NCBI GenBank assembly: GCA_030038835.1
Contig: JASHQZ010000055.1
Location: forward strand, 1 to 51,765
Direction of reading: 5' to 3'
Length of the DNA stretch: 51,765 nt
From: a candidate division FCPU426 bacterium
GTDB lineage: Bacteria; Oederibacteriota; Muellerivitia; Muellerivitales; Muellerivitaceae
The position numbers were made by a program, and so were the translations under genes. Below, in pieces: positions 17,944 to 28,805 of the stretch. The notes beneath the pieces are model-generated. The model had not been told where the DNA came from, did not search any database, and saw nothing but the letters and a program-made list of their open reading frames with translations. Within the stretch, counting starts at the first letter, position 1; the number at the start of each line of letters is the position of its first letter.

Positions 17944-18558
17944 ATGCTGCTCAACCTGGATGAGCTGACGCCGGGCCAACTGGACGCATTGAAGGAAGTG
18001 GGAAATATTGGCGCCGGGCACGGTGCCACGGCTCTTTCGCAGCTTTTAGGGAAGAAAATCTTCATTACCGTGCCAAAGGCCTCCATCCTCCCCTTGTCGG
18101 AAGTCCCTCGGCTGGTGGGCGATCCCAACACGCTGGTGGCCGGCCTGACCCTGAACATCCTGGGCGACGCAACGGGCAAAATCATCCTTCTTTTTCCACG
18201 CGAATCGGCGCTACACCTGGGGGACATGCTCTTGAAGCAGCCCGTGGGAACCAGCAAGATCCTCACCGAAATGGGTCACTCGGCCATCAAGGAAGCAGGC
18301 AATATCCTAACCGGCGCTTACTTGAGTGCCTTAAACGAGTTCTTGGGAATGCTGCTTCTCATTTCCGTCCCCACCCTAGTGTTCGACATGGCGGGAGCCC
18401 TGCTTTCCATCATCACCCAGGGTATGGAGGAATCCCTCAAGGTCATCTGCATCGAAACGAAATTCAGCGACGATCACGAAGAAATCGGAGGTTATTTCAT
18501 CTTGGTCCCGGACGCCGTTTCACTCCGCGCCATATTCCAAGCCATCAAAGTGAAGTAA
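17944..18558 (+). CDS. cheC: CheC-family phosphatase with both consensus sites intact
   Basis: DALKEVGN-x22-P and SAIKEAGN-x22-P both fit [DS]xxxExxN(x22)P. The ATG at 17944 is preferred over the upstream in-frame TTG at 17896. Confidence 0.85.
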   Translation: MLLNLDELTPGQLDALKEVGNIGAGHGATALSQLLGKKIFITVPKASILPLSEVPRLVGDPNTLVAGLTLNILGDATGKIILLFPRESALHLGDMLLKQPVGTSKILTEMGHSAIKEAGNILTGAYLSALNEFLGMLLLISVPTLVFDMAGALLSIITQGMEESLKVICIETKFSDDHEEIGGYFILVPDAVSLRAIFQAIKVK

Positions 18559-18643
18559 CCCTTTAGGGTTATAAAACATGTTAAGATATCGTCCGCTTTG
18601 TATTTTTCTTGGTTCAGCCAAAGCCTGCGTTTAGAGGATCCTG

Positions 18644-19744
18644 ATGCTTGCCAGCGCCATTCTCGCCGAAAAACTGAGAGCTTCGTTTAAAAAAAGCCAT
18701 ATCACCCAGGCCGATTTAATATCCTGTTGCAAAATCATCCTGGACAATTATAAATTCGACTGCGTTTTCCTGGCCAACGCTTCCACCCCCGAGGAAACGC
18801 CCTCACCCCTGGCCTTTGATGGCAGAGAAGAGATAATGGAAACCTGCCTTTACCGTTTGGGAGTGGAGGAACGGCAAACACTGGCCAAGCGTCCCATGAA
18901 AACCTACCGGGATATCACGGGTAAGCCGATCTTTAATAAATCGGGCTCCTTGCGTATTCAAAAGCCTAATAGCGGCGTTTTTTTGTCCTTTTACCTCCCC
19001 AAGAAACTTTACCTCCTGCTGGGGTGCGCCCACCAAAATTCCCAGGATTACGACCTGAAACTGCTGGAGGAGTTGGACGGCGCCTGGAAGCAATGGCAGG
19101 CCTCCCTCGAAAATGCGGTGTTACAGATCACCTCTTCGAGGAAAATGGAACTGCCAGTTGCGGCCAGAGACACGCCTCGGGTCGAGGAAAAAAGTGGCCC
19201 GACAGCCGTAGTGCAACCGATACCACCCCTCCCGAAAGAGGTCGAACCCCGGGACAACGGACGCAGGCCGGTAATCCTGGTGGACGAAGTGACCCGTCTT
19301 TTCAACAAGGATTATTTTTCCGAGTGCCTGGCCATCGAAGTGGAAAGAGCCAAACGCTATTCCCGCATGATGAGCTTGATGTTCCTCAGTGTGGCGCCCA
19401 ATAACGGGGCCTTGGCGCCCCAGGAGGAAAACCATGTGGCGACCCAAGTGGCGGAAATCCTGTCGAAGAGCCTTCGAAGGGTGGACATCATCTGCCGGCT
19501 GGAGAAGGAAAAATACGCTATCGTGCTTCCCGACACGGCCCACAACACCTATGGCATCATCGCCAAGCGTATTTTTAAGTTCTTCAAACTCATCATGGGT
19601 GATGCACCCTTGGTTTTCCTAAACATTAGCGCCTCCACTTACCCCAAGCACGCCACTACCCACCACGATCTCTTGGAAAGCGCCGAAAAACTATTAGGCC
19701 AGTCAAAGGAAGCGGGCCCTAATAAGGCGGTGCTTCCGGAATGA
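18644..19744 (+). CDS. Degenerate GGDEF-domain protein (inactive cyclase fold with retained RxxD I-site) and an unknown N-terminal domain
   Basis: The C-terminal ~165 aa align to GGDEF domains (DEVTRLFNKDYF ... RRVDIICRLEKEKYAIVLPDT). The GG(D/E)EF position reads EKEKY, and the metal-binding DxD/HFK segment is replaced by SVAPNNG. RRVD sits exactly 5 residues upstream of the ex-GGDEF position. Confidence 0.7.
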   Translation: MLASAILAEKLRASFKKSHITQADLISCCKIILDNYKFDCVFLANASTPEETPSPLAFDGREEIMETCLYRLGVEERQTLAKRPMKTYRDITGKPIFNKSGSLRIQKPNSGVFLSFYLPKKLYLLLGCAHQNSQDYDLKLLEELDGAWKQWQASLENAVLQITSSRKMELPVAARDTPRVEEKSGPTAVVQPIPPLPKEVEPRDNGRRPVILVDEVTRLFNKDYFSECLAIEVERAKRYSRMMSLMFLSVAPNNGALAPQEENHVATQVAEILSKSLRRVDIICRLEKEKYAIVLPDTAHNTYGIIAKRIFKFFKLIMGDAPLVFLNISASTYPKHATTHHDLLESAEKLLGQSKEAGPNKAVLPE

Positions 19745-19813
19745 AAGCGCAGTTTGTATGGCCTTTGAACTTGCCGTTGGATATTTTGCCTAAATCGTTG
19801 AGCGAATAATGGG

Positions 19814-20935
19814 GTGGACGGAATGGATGAACGGGAAGCTTTGTTGGCGCTTCACTTAACAGGCGTCATTGGTCCACGGCGCTTGAAAGCCGCACGGGAG
19901 GTATTTCCTGAATTGTCTGATGTTTTCGGCGCTTCCGAGGAGTCCCTGACCCGGTTACCCGATTGGACCTTTTCATGCGCCCAAAAAGTTCTGGCCTTTA
20001 AGGACCCGCTTCAAAAAGTAGAGGTCGAATTGGAAAAGGCCGAAAGGGCTGGGGCAACGGTTTTGGTGGAAAGGGACGCGGAATTCCCCAAGGTGTTTGA
20101 AAACCTTTTCGACCCGCCCTTCGTTCTTTGGAAAGCGGGGAATTACCTTCCGGAAGACAAGAATTCCATCGCGGTCATTGGATGCCGCAGACCCAGCGCC
20201 TATGGCAAACAGGCGGCCTTACGGCTGTCGGAAGACGTGGCGAAAGCGGGATACGCGGTGGTTTCGGGCCTAGCTCGCGGGATTGACTCTTTGGCCCATT
20301 TGGGGGCCCTCCGAGTTCCACGCGGCCGCACCATCGCCTTCTTGGGGAGTGGGCTATTGAATCTTTACCCACCAGAAAATCAGAAGTTGGCCCAGGAAAT
20401 CACCGAACGTGGCGCGATTTTCAGTGAGTATCCACTTTTTGCCAAACCCTTGGCTCTGCATTTTCCACAGCGCAACCGCCTGATCAGCGGGGCCGCCAAG
20501 GGAGTCCTGGTGGTGGAGGCCAAAAAAGACAGCGGGTCCTTCATCACCGTGGATCACGCCATCGAGCAGGGCAAGCCGGTCTTTGCCGTGCCCGGTCCCA
20601 TCACCCACACCGAGTCCGAAGGGACCCATGCGCTGATCCAACAGGGGGCCAAGCTGGTGATGGGGGTAGAGGATATCTTCCACGAACTGAACGACATGAG
20701 GGCGGAAACGGTGTTTAAGTCGGGTAACGCCAGGGTTTCCACGGCCGCGCTTTTGGAAACATTGACTGAAGAAGAAAAAAAGATGCTGGAGAAACTGACT
20801 TATACCCCCCTCCACGTGGATATCCTGCTCCGCGAAACCGGCATGGCGTTGCGCCGGGTCAACGAACTGCTTCTCGCGCTGGAGATGAGAGGACTGGTCC
20901 AACAGGCCCCGGGACATTGCTATTTTAAAATCTGA
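19814..20935 (+). CDS. dprA: DNA-processing protein DprA
   Basis: Rossmann-like core GCRRPSAYGKQAALRLSEDVAKAGYAVVSGLARGIDSLAH and FPQRNRLISG. It lies upstream of topA, which is common synteny. Confidence 0.9.
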   Translation: MDGMDEREALLALHLTGVIGPRRLKAAREVFPELSDVFGASEESLTRLPDWTFSCAQKVLAFKDPLQKVEVELEKAERAGATVLVERDAEFPKVFENLFDPPFVLWKAGNYLPEDKNSIAVIGCRRPSAYGKQAALRLSEDVAKAGYAVVSGLARGIDSLAHLGALRVPRGRTIAFLGSGLLNLYPPENQKLAQEITERGAIFSEYPLFAKPLALHFPQRNRLISGAAKGVLVVEAKKDSGSFITVDHAIEQGKPVFAVPGPITHTESEGTHALIQQGAKLVMGVEDIFHELNDMRAETVFKSGNARVSTAALLETLTEEEKKMLEKLTYTPLHVDILLRETGMALRRVNELLLALEMRGLVQQAPGHCYFKI

Positions 20936-21073
20936 TTTCCTTCCGGTCACGTCCTTTCGAACCAAACGGTTCCAAAAAATTTTGAAGCCTTTTGAACGGC
21001 GGCAAATGAAAGTATTTTAATGGATTTTGCGTTTTTTCGATCCCTCATTCAACCCCTTCCTATCGGCCAAAAC

Positions 21074-21103
21074 TTGACAAAGGGCTGGCCGCCTGCCTAT
21101 TCT
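21074..21103 (+). promoter_or_regulatory. Candidate sigma70-type promoter for topA (TTGACA - 18 nt - TATTCT)
   Basis: A perfect -35 hexamer at 21074..21079 and a weak -10 at 21098..21103, about 65 nt upstream of the GTG start. Confidence 0.3.
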
Positions 21104-21169
21104 TGCGAAACCGAACGGCCCTTCCTTGAAGGGTTGTTCCCGCAACGAACGCGTCAAATGGAGTAGGAA

Positions 21170-23509
21170 GTGGCAAAGGCAAAAGCTAAGAAAGAAGAAA
21201 ACAAGAAACTCGTGATCGTCGAGTCCCCGTCCAAGGCGAAAACCATCAATAAATATCTCGGCGCGGATTATGTCGTGCTGGCCTCCAAGGGCCATCTGAT
21301 CGACCTGCCCAAGAGCAAATTGGGTGTGGATGTAGATAAAAATTTTGAACCCCAATACATTCCCATCCGTGGCAAGGCTTCCATCATCAAGGAGCTTAAA
21401 AAGGCTGCCCAAAAATCCTCGGCGGTCTACTTGGCCGCTGACCCGGACCGGGAAGGGGAGGCCATTGGTTGGCATATCCGCAACTTCCTGACCACCATGG
21501 AAACGGTGCCCACCATCTACCGCCTGCGCCTGAACGAGATCACCAAACCCGCCATTGAGGAAGCCATAAAATCGCCCAGCGAAGTGGATTTGAACATGGT
21601 TAACGCCCAGCAAGCCCGCCGCGTTTTGGACCGCTTGGTGGGTTACGGCATCAGTCCCCTTTTGTGGAAGAATATCCGGCGGGGACTTTCGGCCGGCCGG
21701 GTGCAATCCGTGGCCCTGAGGCTTATTTACGAACGGGAAAAAGAAATCGCGAATTTCAAACCCGTGGAATACTGGACCCTGGAAGCCGACTTCCTCATGG
21801 AAGATGGCCGGGTCATCCGTACCAAACTGGCGAAGGTGGACGGGGAAAAGCCGGATTTGAAGACCCAGGCCGATACCCAGGCCTTGATCACTCGTATACA
21901 ATCGGCGGATTTCAGGGTTTCGGCCGTCCTGCACCGGGAAAAATCCAAAAAACCCCCCATGCCCTTTACCACCTCCAAGCTCCAACAGGAGGCCTATAAA
22001 CAGTTGCGTTTCGGGGCCCGCAAGACCATGTCTATCGCGCAGGGACTCTACGAGGGAGTTGAGATCGGAGAATCGGGGCCTGTGGGCTTGATCACTTACA
22101 TGCGCACGGACTCTAAACGCATTTCGCCCGAGGCCAAGGCGGAGGCGGCCAAGTTCATCCAACAAACCTACGGTGAGAAGTACCTGGCCCAGGGTGAGCG
22201 GGATACTTCCAGCAAGCAGAAGATACAGGATGCCCATGAGGCCATCCGGCCCACCTCCGCTTTCCGCACTCCCGAACAGGTCAAAACCTACCTGACTCCC
22301 GAACAGTTCAAGCTTTACAAGCTGATCTGGGAAGATTTTATGGCCAGCCAGATGGCCTCGGCCCTGTACCGGGAAACCAGCGTGGAAATAGCCGGAAACA
22401 ATGTGATTTTCAGGGCCACAGGCACGGAAACTTTGTTCGACGGCTATACCAAGGTTTACGAGGAAGCCGCGGACGAGGATAAAAAGGAAGGGCCAACCGA
22501 GGGGGAGGAAGCCGAGGTAGTCAACCCTAACAAGCTTTCGGGAATCATCGAGGGCCAAAAGGCCACCTGGAAGGAACCTCTGCCGGAACAACATTTCACC
22601 CAGCCGCCCCCGCGTTACACCGACGCTTCCATGGTCAAGACCCTAGAGGAAATGGGTATCGGCCGGCCCTCCACTTACGCCCCGACGCTGGAAACCATCC
22701 AAGCCCGACATTACGTGAAAAAGGAAAACGGCCGATTTTTCCTGGCCGAGTTGGGGAACCTGGTGTTGGAACTTTTGATGAAGAACTTCCCCAATATCCT
22801 GGATTACGAGTTCACGGCCAAGATGGAGACCGAACTGGACCAGGTGGAATCGGGTGAGCAGGAGTGGCGCAAGGTCATCGGGGATTTCTATACGCCCTTC
22901 AAGGACACCCTGGCGGAAGCCGAAAAACTGATGGGGGAGGAAAAGTCCCGAATCGAGCAGGTGACCGACATCCCTTGCGAGAAATGCGGCCAGATGATGA
23001 TCGTGAAATGGGGCCGCCATGGAAAATTTCTGGCCTGCTCCAAATACCCCGAATGCCAGAACACCAAGAGCTTGAAGGAAACCATGGACGGCTCCATCCA
23101 AGTGGACACGGACACGAAAACCGACGAGAAATGCCCCAAGTGCGGGGCGGACATGGTGGTCAAAATGGGGCGCTTCGGCAAATTCCTAGCTTGTTCCCGT
23201 TACCCGGAATGCAAGACCGCCAAGCCCATTTCGCTCGGCATCAAGTGCCCGCTGGGCTGCGGAGGGGAAGTGGTTTCCCGGGGGTCGCGGCGCGGCGTCT
23301 TTTACGGCTGCAACAAATATCCCGACTGCAAGTTTATCTCCTGGTACAAGCCCGTCAACCGGCCTTGCCCCCAGTGCTCCAGCCCTTATTTGGTGGACAA
23401 ATACCTCAAGACTCTGGGGCCCCACATCGCCTGTCCGAACAAGGAGTGCGACTACAAGGAATTTCCGAAACAGGAAGCCACTACCGGCGGGGCCACTCCA
23501 GCCTCATAA
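21170..23509 (+). CDS. topA: DNA topoisomerase I
   Basis: Toprim domain (LVIVESPSKAKTI, DPDREGEAI) and active-site region LITYMRTDS. There are four C-terminal C4 zinc-ribbon repeats (CEKCG..C..C, CPKCG..C..C, etc.). GTG start with a GGAG RBS. Confidence 0.95.
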   Translation: MAKAKAKKEENKKLVIVESPSKAKTINKYLGADYVVLASKGHLIDLPKSKLGVDVDKNFEPQYIPIRGKASIIKELKKAAQKSSAVYLAADPDREGEAIGWHIRNFLTTMETVPTIYRLRLNEITKPAIEEAIKSPSEVDLNMVNAQQARRVLDRLVGYGISPLLWKNIRRGLSAGRVQSVALRLIYEREKEIANFKPVEYWTLEADFLMEDGRVIRTKLAKVDGEKPDLKTQADTQALITRIQSADFRVSAVLHREKSKKPPMPFTTSKLQQEAYKQLRFGARKTMSIAQGLYEGVEIGESGPVGLITYMRTDSKRISPEAKAEAAKFIQQTYGEKYLAQGERDTSSKQKIQDAHEAIRPTSAFRTPEQVKTYLTPEQFKLYKLIWEDFMASQMASALYRETSVEIAGNNVIFRATGTETLFDGYTKVYEEAADEDKKEGPTEGEEAEVVNPNKLSGIIEGQKATWKEPLPEQHFTQPPPRYTDASMVKTLEEMGIGRPSTYAPTLETIQARHYVKKENGRFFLAELGNLVLELLMKNFPNILDYEFTAKMETELDQVESGEQEWRKVIGDFYTPFKDTLAEAEKLMGEEKSRIEQVTDIPCEKCGQMMIVKWGRHGKFLACSKYPECQNTKSLKETMDGSIQVDTDTKTDEKCPKCGADMVVKMGRFGKFLACSRYPECKTAKPISLGIKCPLGCGGEVVSRGSRRGVFYGCNKYPDCKFISWYKPVNRPCPQCSSPYLVDKYLKTLGPHIACPNKECDYKEFPKQEATTGGATPAS

Positions 23510-23554
23510 ACCAACTGTCATCGCGAGGAATGACAGTTCATATAGGAGTTTTTC

Positions 23555-24418
23555 TTGAAGGGATCCATCCAAAAAGCCAAAATCCTCGTTGAAGCTTTCC
23601 CCTACATCAAGCAATGGTCCGGCCGTACCGTCGTCGTCAAGTATGGCGGAAGCACGCGTGGCGGAATGGAGGGACTCGAGAATACCCTCCAGGATATCGT
23701 GCTGATGAAATTCGTGGGTATGCGGCCTGTAGTCGTCCACGGCGGCGGGAAGGATATCACCCGAGCCATGGAAAAAATAGGCCTTGCCTCTCAATTCGTG
23801 GACGGACTTCGGGTGACTGACCTGACGGCCATAAAGGTGGTGGAAAAGATCCTTGGAGGAAAGATCAATAAGCAACTGGTGAACTTGATCCACAAACTGG
23901 GAGGACTGGCCGTGGGGTTATCGGGAAAAGACGCGGCCATGCTGCAGGTTTCGCGGGTCAAATCCAAAAGCGGCAAGGACATCGGCTACGTGGGGCGGGT
24001 TTCCAAGGTGAATACGGCGGTTTTACAAAGCATGGACCGGGAAAAATTTATTCCCGTGATCGCGCCCATGGGCTTAGGGAAGGATGGCCATACCTATAAC
24101 GTCAACGCAGATGAGGCGGCTGGAGCTATTGCCGGGGCCTTGAAAGCCGAAAAGTTGGTATTTCTTACGGATGTCCCGGGCATTTGCAAAAGGAAGGATG
24201 ACCCTAAAACCCTTCTTTCGACGATTAAGGCCGGGGAAGTTCCCAAACTTCTGAAGAAGGGGGTCATTTCCGGAGGAATGATCCCTAAAATCGAGGCCTG
24301 CCTCCATGCCTTAAAGTCGGGTGTCCATAAAACTCATATTATTGACGGCACCCAACCCCATGCCCTTCTTCTAGAGATATTCACACCCCAAGGCGTTGGG
24401 ACTGAGATTATCCCCTGA
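23555..24418 (+). CDS. argB: Acetylglutamate kinase
   Basis: TVVVKYGGS, VVVHGGG, and the YNVNADEAAGAIAGAL motif. TTG start preceded by an AGGAG RBS. Confidence 0.9.
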   Translation: MKGSIQKAKILVEAFPYIKQWSGRTVVVKYGGSTRGGMEGLENTLQDIVLMKFVGMRPVVVHGGGKDITRAMEKIGLASQFVDGLRVTDLTAIKVVEKILGGKINKQLVNLIHKLGGLAVGLSGKDAAMLQVSRVKSKSGKDIGYVGRVSKVNTAVLQSMDREKFIPVIAPMGLGKDGHTYNVNADEAAGAIAGALKAEKLVFLTDVPGICKRKDDPKTLLSTIKAGEVPKLLKKGVISGGMIPKIEACLHALKSGVHKTHIIDGTQPHALLLEIFTPQGVGTEIIP

Positions 24419-24457
24419 TTAAAAATCCTCATTTTAACCAATCCGTTGAGGGTTCTT

Positions 24458-24487
24458 TTCATTCGGCCCACCTACCTGTGGTATAAT
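24458..24487 (+). promoter_or_regulatory. Candidate promoter for nrdR (TTCATT - 18 nt - TGGTATAAT)
   Basis: Extended -10 TGGTATAAT at 24479..24487 and a weak -35 at 24458..24463, 43 nt upstream of the ATG. Confidence 0.4.
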
Positions 24488-24529
24488 CCGCCCGCTTGAT
24501 AATACCTACCACCGGTTGAGGAATGGGTT

Positions 24530-24988
24530 ATGAAGTGCCCTTTTTGTGGACACCAGGAAGACAAAGTCATGGATTCGCGGCCCAGCAAGGGCGGGGCGGC
24601 TATCCGCCGCCGGCGGGAATGCCTGAAGTGTGAGAAGCGTTTTACCACCTACGAGCAAATCGAGGAAATCCTGCCCATGGTCGTGAAACGGGACGGGCGC
24701 CGGGAACCCTTTGACCGTTTGAAGATTGTCGCAGGCGTCCGCAAGGCAGTTGAAAAGCGGCCGGTTTCTTCCGAGAAGATTGAAGCCTTGGTGGACGATA
24801 TCGAAAACGCGCTGATGGAGCGGGCCGCTAAAGAAATCAACTCCACTGAAATCGGGGAAATGGTCATGAACCGCTTGAAAGAATTGGACGACGTGGCCTA
24901 TGTGCGTTTTGCCAGCGTTTATCGGCAATTTAAGGACATCAACGCCTTCATGGATGAAGTGAAAAAACTCCTCAACCGTAAAAGTTAA
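24530..24988 (+). CDS. nrdR: Transcriptional repressor NrdR
   Basis: MKCPFCG ... [17 protein letters not shown] zinc ribbon followed by an ATP-cone domain. Confidence 0.95.
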   Translation: MKCPFCGHQEDKVMDSRPSKGGAAIRRRRECLKCEKRFTTYEQIEEILPMVVKRDGRREPFDRLKIVAGVRKAVEKRPVSSEKIEALVDDIENALMERAAKEINSTEIGEMVMNRLKELDDVAYVRFASVYRQFKDINAFMDEVKKLLNRKS

Positions 24989-25058
24989 CGCCCATCGTTA
25001 GCTGTTGGCTCTAGGTTGTCAGCAAAACCTCAAAGACAAAAATAACAGAAAGGCTTTT

Positions 25059-26369
25059 ATGGCGAAGATCATTCCATTTCGCGGAATCCGTTATGCCGTA
25101 ACCGGGGGCAGCCGCCTGTCTAAGGTGGTGGCCCCGCCTTACGACGTCATTTCTACGCAACAAAAAAAACAATTAAAAACGGCCGATCCCCACAATGTCA
25201 TCCGCCTGATCATCGGAAACCCCAGCCATGAGGCGCATCGACCTTCCGATTACCAAGCGGCTAAAAAGCACTTTAGCGAATGGCGGGAAAAAGGTGTCCT
25301 GAAACGGGATGACGAGACCTCCATCTATGTCTACCGGCAAAGTTTTACCTTGCGCGGGAAGACTTTTCATCGAACCGGCTTTGTGGCTCTGTCCCGCTTG
25401 ACGCCTTTTGGCAACCAGAAGGGCGGAATCCTTGCCCATGAGCATACCTTGAGTGGCCCCAAGGCCGATCGGCTGAAATTGATGAAGGCCTGTCACGCCA
25501 ATTTCAGCAGCATTTTTTCCCTCTATCCCGACAAAGGCGGAGTTAGAAAAGCCCTGAAAAAGATCACTGCCCGCAAGGCCGACATGAGCGTTCATTATCC
25601 CAAAGACGTCCACAATCAAGTTTGGAGGGTTTCAGACCCGAAAGCGGTTAAAGAAATCCAGGGTCGGATCAAAAACGCCACTCTGTTCATTGCCGACGGC
25701 CACCACAGGTACGAGACCGCTTTGGCCTACCAGGACCATTGTTCCCATTGGGCCAAAGGCCTCCTGGGTTCAAGGCCTTTCGATTACGTCCAGATGATGT
25801 TCGTGGCTATGGAAGATCCGGGCCTGGTTATTTTGCCCACGCACCGGATGCTCCCCAAACGCCATGATTCCTCACCCTCCCTTTTGCTGAGCCGCTTGTC
25901 CTCGCTAGGAGAAGTCCACGAGTATCCGAAACCATTGAGCGGGTTGGCGCCCTGGCAATGGATGGAAAAATTGGGTAAGAAACAACCGACCCTTGGCCTG
26001 TCATTCGACGGCCAAAGGCTTTATGCCCTGAAGTTTTCCAAGTCGGTCGCAAAGTCGCCGTTTTTGAAAGATGTTTCCGACGCCCAAAAGAAGTTGGATG
26101 TGACTTTACTGCACCGACTCATCCTGGAGCCCTTTTTCGGGATCACCAAGGAAAAAGTCGAGAATGAAATTTTCTTCACCAGCAAAGCGGAGGAGGCGGT
26201 GGAACGCCTGCGCAAGGGAGAGGTTGCCGCGACCTTCTTTTTAAACCCGACCCGGATCGAGCAACTGAGGGAAGTGGCCTTGAAACGGGAAAGAATGCCC
26301 CAGAAATCCACTTACTTCTATCCCAAGCTTGTCACGGGACTGGTCTTTAATGACCTGGATTCTTTCTGA
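25059..26369 (+). CDS. DUF1015 family protein
   Basis: It has the typical N-terminus MAKIIPFRGIRY and the FIADGHHRYETAL motif. The ATG at 25059 is preferred over the upstream in-frame TTG at 25005. Confidence 0.8.
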   Translation: MAKIIPFRGIRYAVTGGSRLSKVVAPPYDVISTQQKKQLKTADPHNVIRLIIGNPSHEAHRPSDYQAAKKHFSEWREKGVLKRDDETSIYVYRQSFTLRGKTFHRTGFVALSRLTPFGNQKGGILAHEHTLSGPKADRLKLMKACHANFSSIFSLYPDKGGVRKALKKITARKADMSVHYPKDVHNQVWRVSDPKAVKEIQGRIKNATLFIADGHHRYETALAYQDHCSHWAKGLLGSRPFDYVQMMFVAMEDPGLVILPTHRMLPKRHDSSPSLLLSRLSSLGEVHEYPKPLSGLAPWQWMEKLGKKQPTLGLSFDGQRLYALKFSKSVAKSPFLKDVSDAQKKLDVTLLHRLILEPFFGITKEKVENEIFFTSKAEEAVERLRKGEVAATFFLNPTRIEQLREVALKRERMPQKSTYFYPKLVTGLVFNDLDSF

Positions 26370-26479
26370 TCCGGCATGATTTCCGCCTTCTCCTGGGATT
26401 AAAAGGGAAACGCTTGCGGGTTGCGGCGGCCCGCCTGTAAAATCATCGCTCCTTCGAAACGGTTTTAACCATATCTTGA

Positions 26480-27781
<1,302 letters not shown>

Positions 27782-27883
27782 CATAGGTCCTTGCGAAAGC
27801 ACGGAGACCGCGATCGAAATTTAAATTTTGGCTTTCCTCGCGGCCTTCGCACGCTCGCGGTAAAAGATGTTTCGGAGGTTTCT

Positions 27884-28801
27884 GTGGCTTCCGCTGTATC
27901 CAATTCGTCCCGTATTTATGAAAACGTCACAGAGTTGGTGGGAAGGACCCCCCTCCTTAAGATCGAGGGCCATGACGTGCCGGGAGTGGAGATTTGGGCC
28001 AAGTTGGAAGCCTATAATCCCGGCCGTTCGGTCAAGGACCGCCCGGCCCTCCGCATGATTCAAGAGGGGATCCGGAATGGAAAACTCAGGGATAAGACCA
28101 TCCTGGACGCCACCTCAGGCAATACGGGCATCGCCTATGCCTGGATCGGGGCGGCGCTGGGTTACAAAGTGGCTTTGGCGATTCCCGCCAATGTCAGCGA
28201 CGAGCGCAAACGAATTCTTAAATCCTTCAACGCCGAAGTTCATTATTCCAGCGAGATGGACGGTTCGGATGGCGCGATCCTCTTGGCACGTGAGCTTTAC
28301 AAGAAAAATCCGGAGAAATATTTCGTCCCTGACCAGTACAACAACCCTGAAAATCCCAGGGCCCATGCGCTCACCACGGCTGAAGAGATCATGGAACATA
28401 TGAAGGATAAGATCACCCATTTCGCGGCCACCATTGGAACCAGCGGCACCCTGATGGGAACCGGCAAGCGGATCAAGGAACTCAAGCCTTCAGTCAGGGT
28501 GGTCGCTCTGGAGCCTTCCCAGCCTTTCCACGGCTTGGAAGGGCTAAAACATATGGCTTCCTCGATCGTCCCGGGCATTTACAACCCCAAGGCCTATGAC
28601 CAAAATATCCCCATTGATACCGACGAGGCCTACGAATGGGTCAAAAAATTGGCCCAGCGAGAAGGGGTTCTAGGTGGTCTTTCCTCCGGTGGCGCCATGG
28701 CCGGTTGTGTTCAATTGGCCAAACAGATCAAGGGGGGATGCATTGTGACTGTCTTTCCCGATTCAGGTGACAAATACCTTTCCACAAGAGTATGGGAGTA
28801 G
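27884..28801 (+). CDS. PLP-dependent cysteine synthase (CysK/CysM family)
   Basis: PLP-lysine motif NPGRSVKDRPA and TSGNTGIAYAW. The GTG at 27884 has a GGAGG RBS and is preferred over the upstream TTG at 27791. Confidence 0.85.
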   Translation: MASAVSNSSRIYENVTELVGRTPLLKIEGHDVPGVEIWAKLEAYNPGRSVKDRPALRMIQEGIRNGKLRDKTILDATSGNTGIAYAWIGAALGYKVALAIPANVSDERKRILKSFNAEVHYSSEMDGSDGAILLARELYKKNPEKYFVPDQYNNPENPRAHALTTAEEIMEHMKDKITHFAATIGTSGTLMGTGKRIKELKPSVRVVALEPSQPFHGLEGLKHMASSIVPGIYNPKAYDQNIPIDTDEAYEWVKKLAQREGVLGGLSSGGAMAGCVQLAKQIKGGCIVTVFPDSGDKYLSTRVWE

Positions 28802-28805
28802 CCTT

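Noticed and set aside
21017-22594. 525-aa ORF on the minus strand
   Set aside because: It lies entirely antisense to the unmistakable topA gene. The product is Gly/Leu/Arg/Pro-rich with no motif. It is a shadow ORF typical of GC-biased coding sequence.
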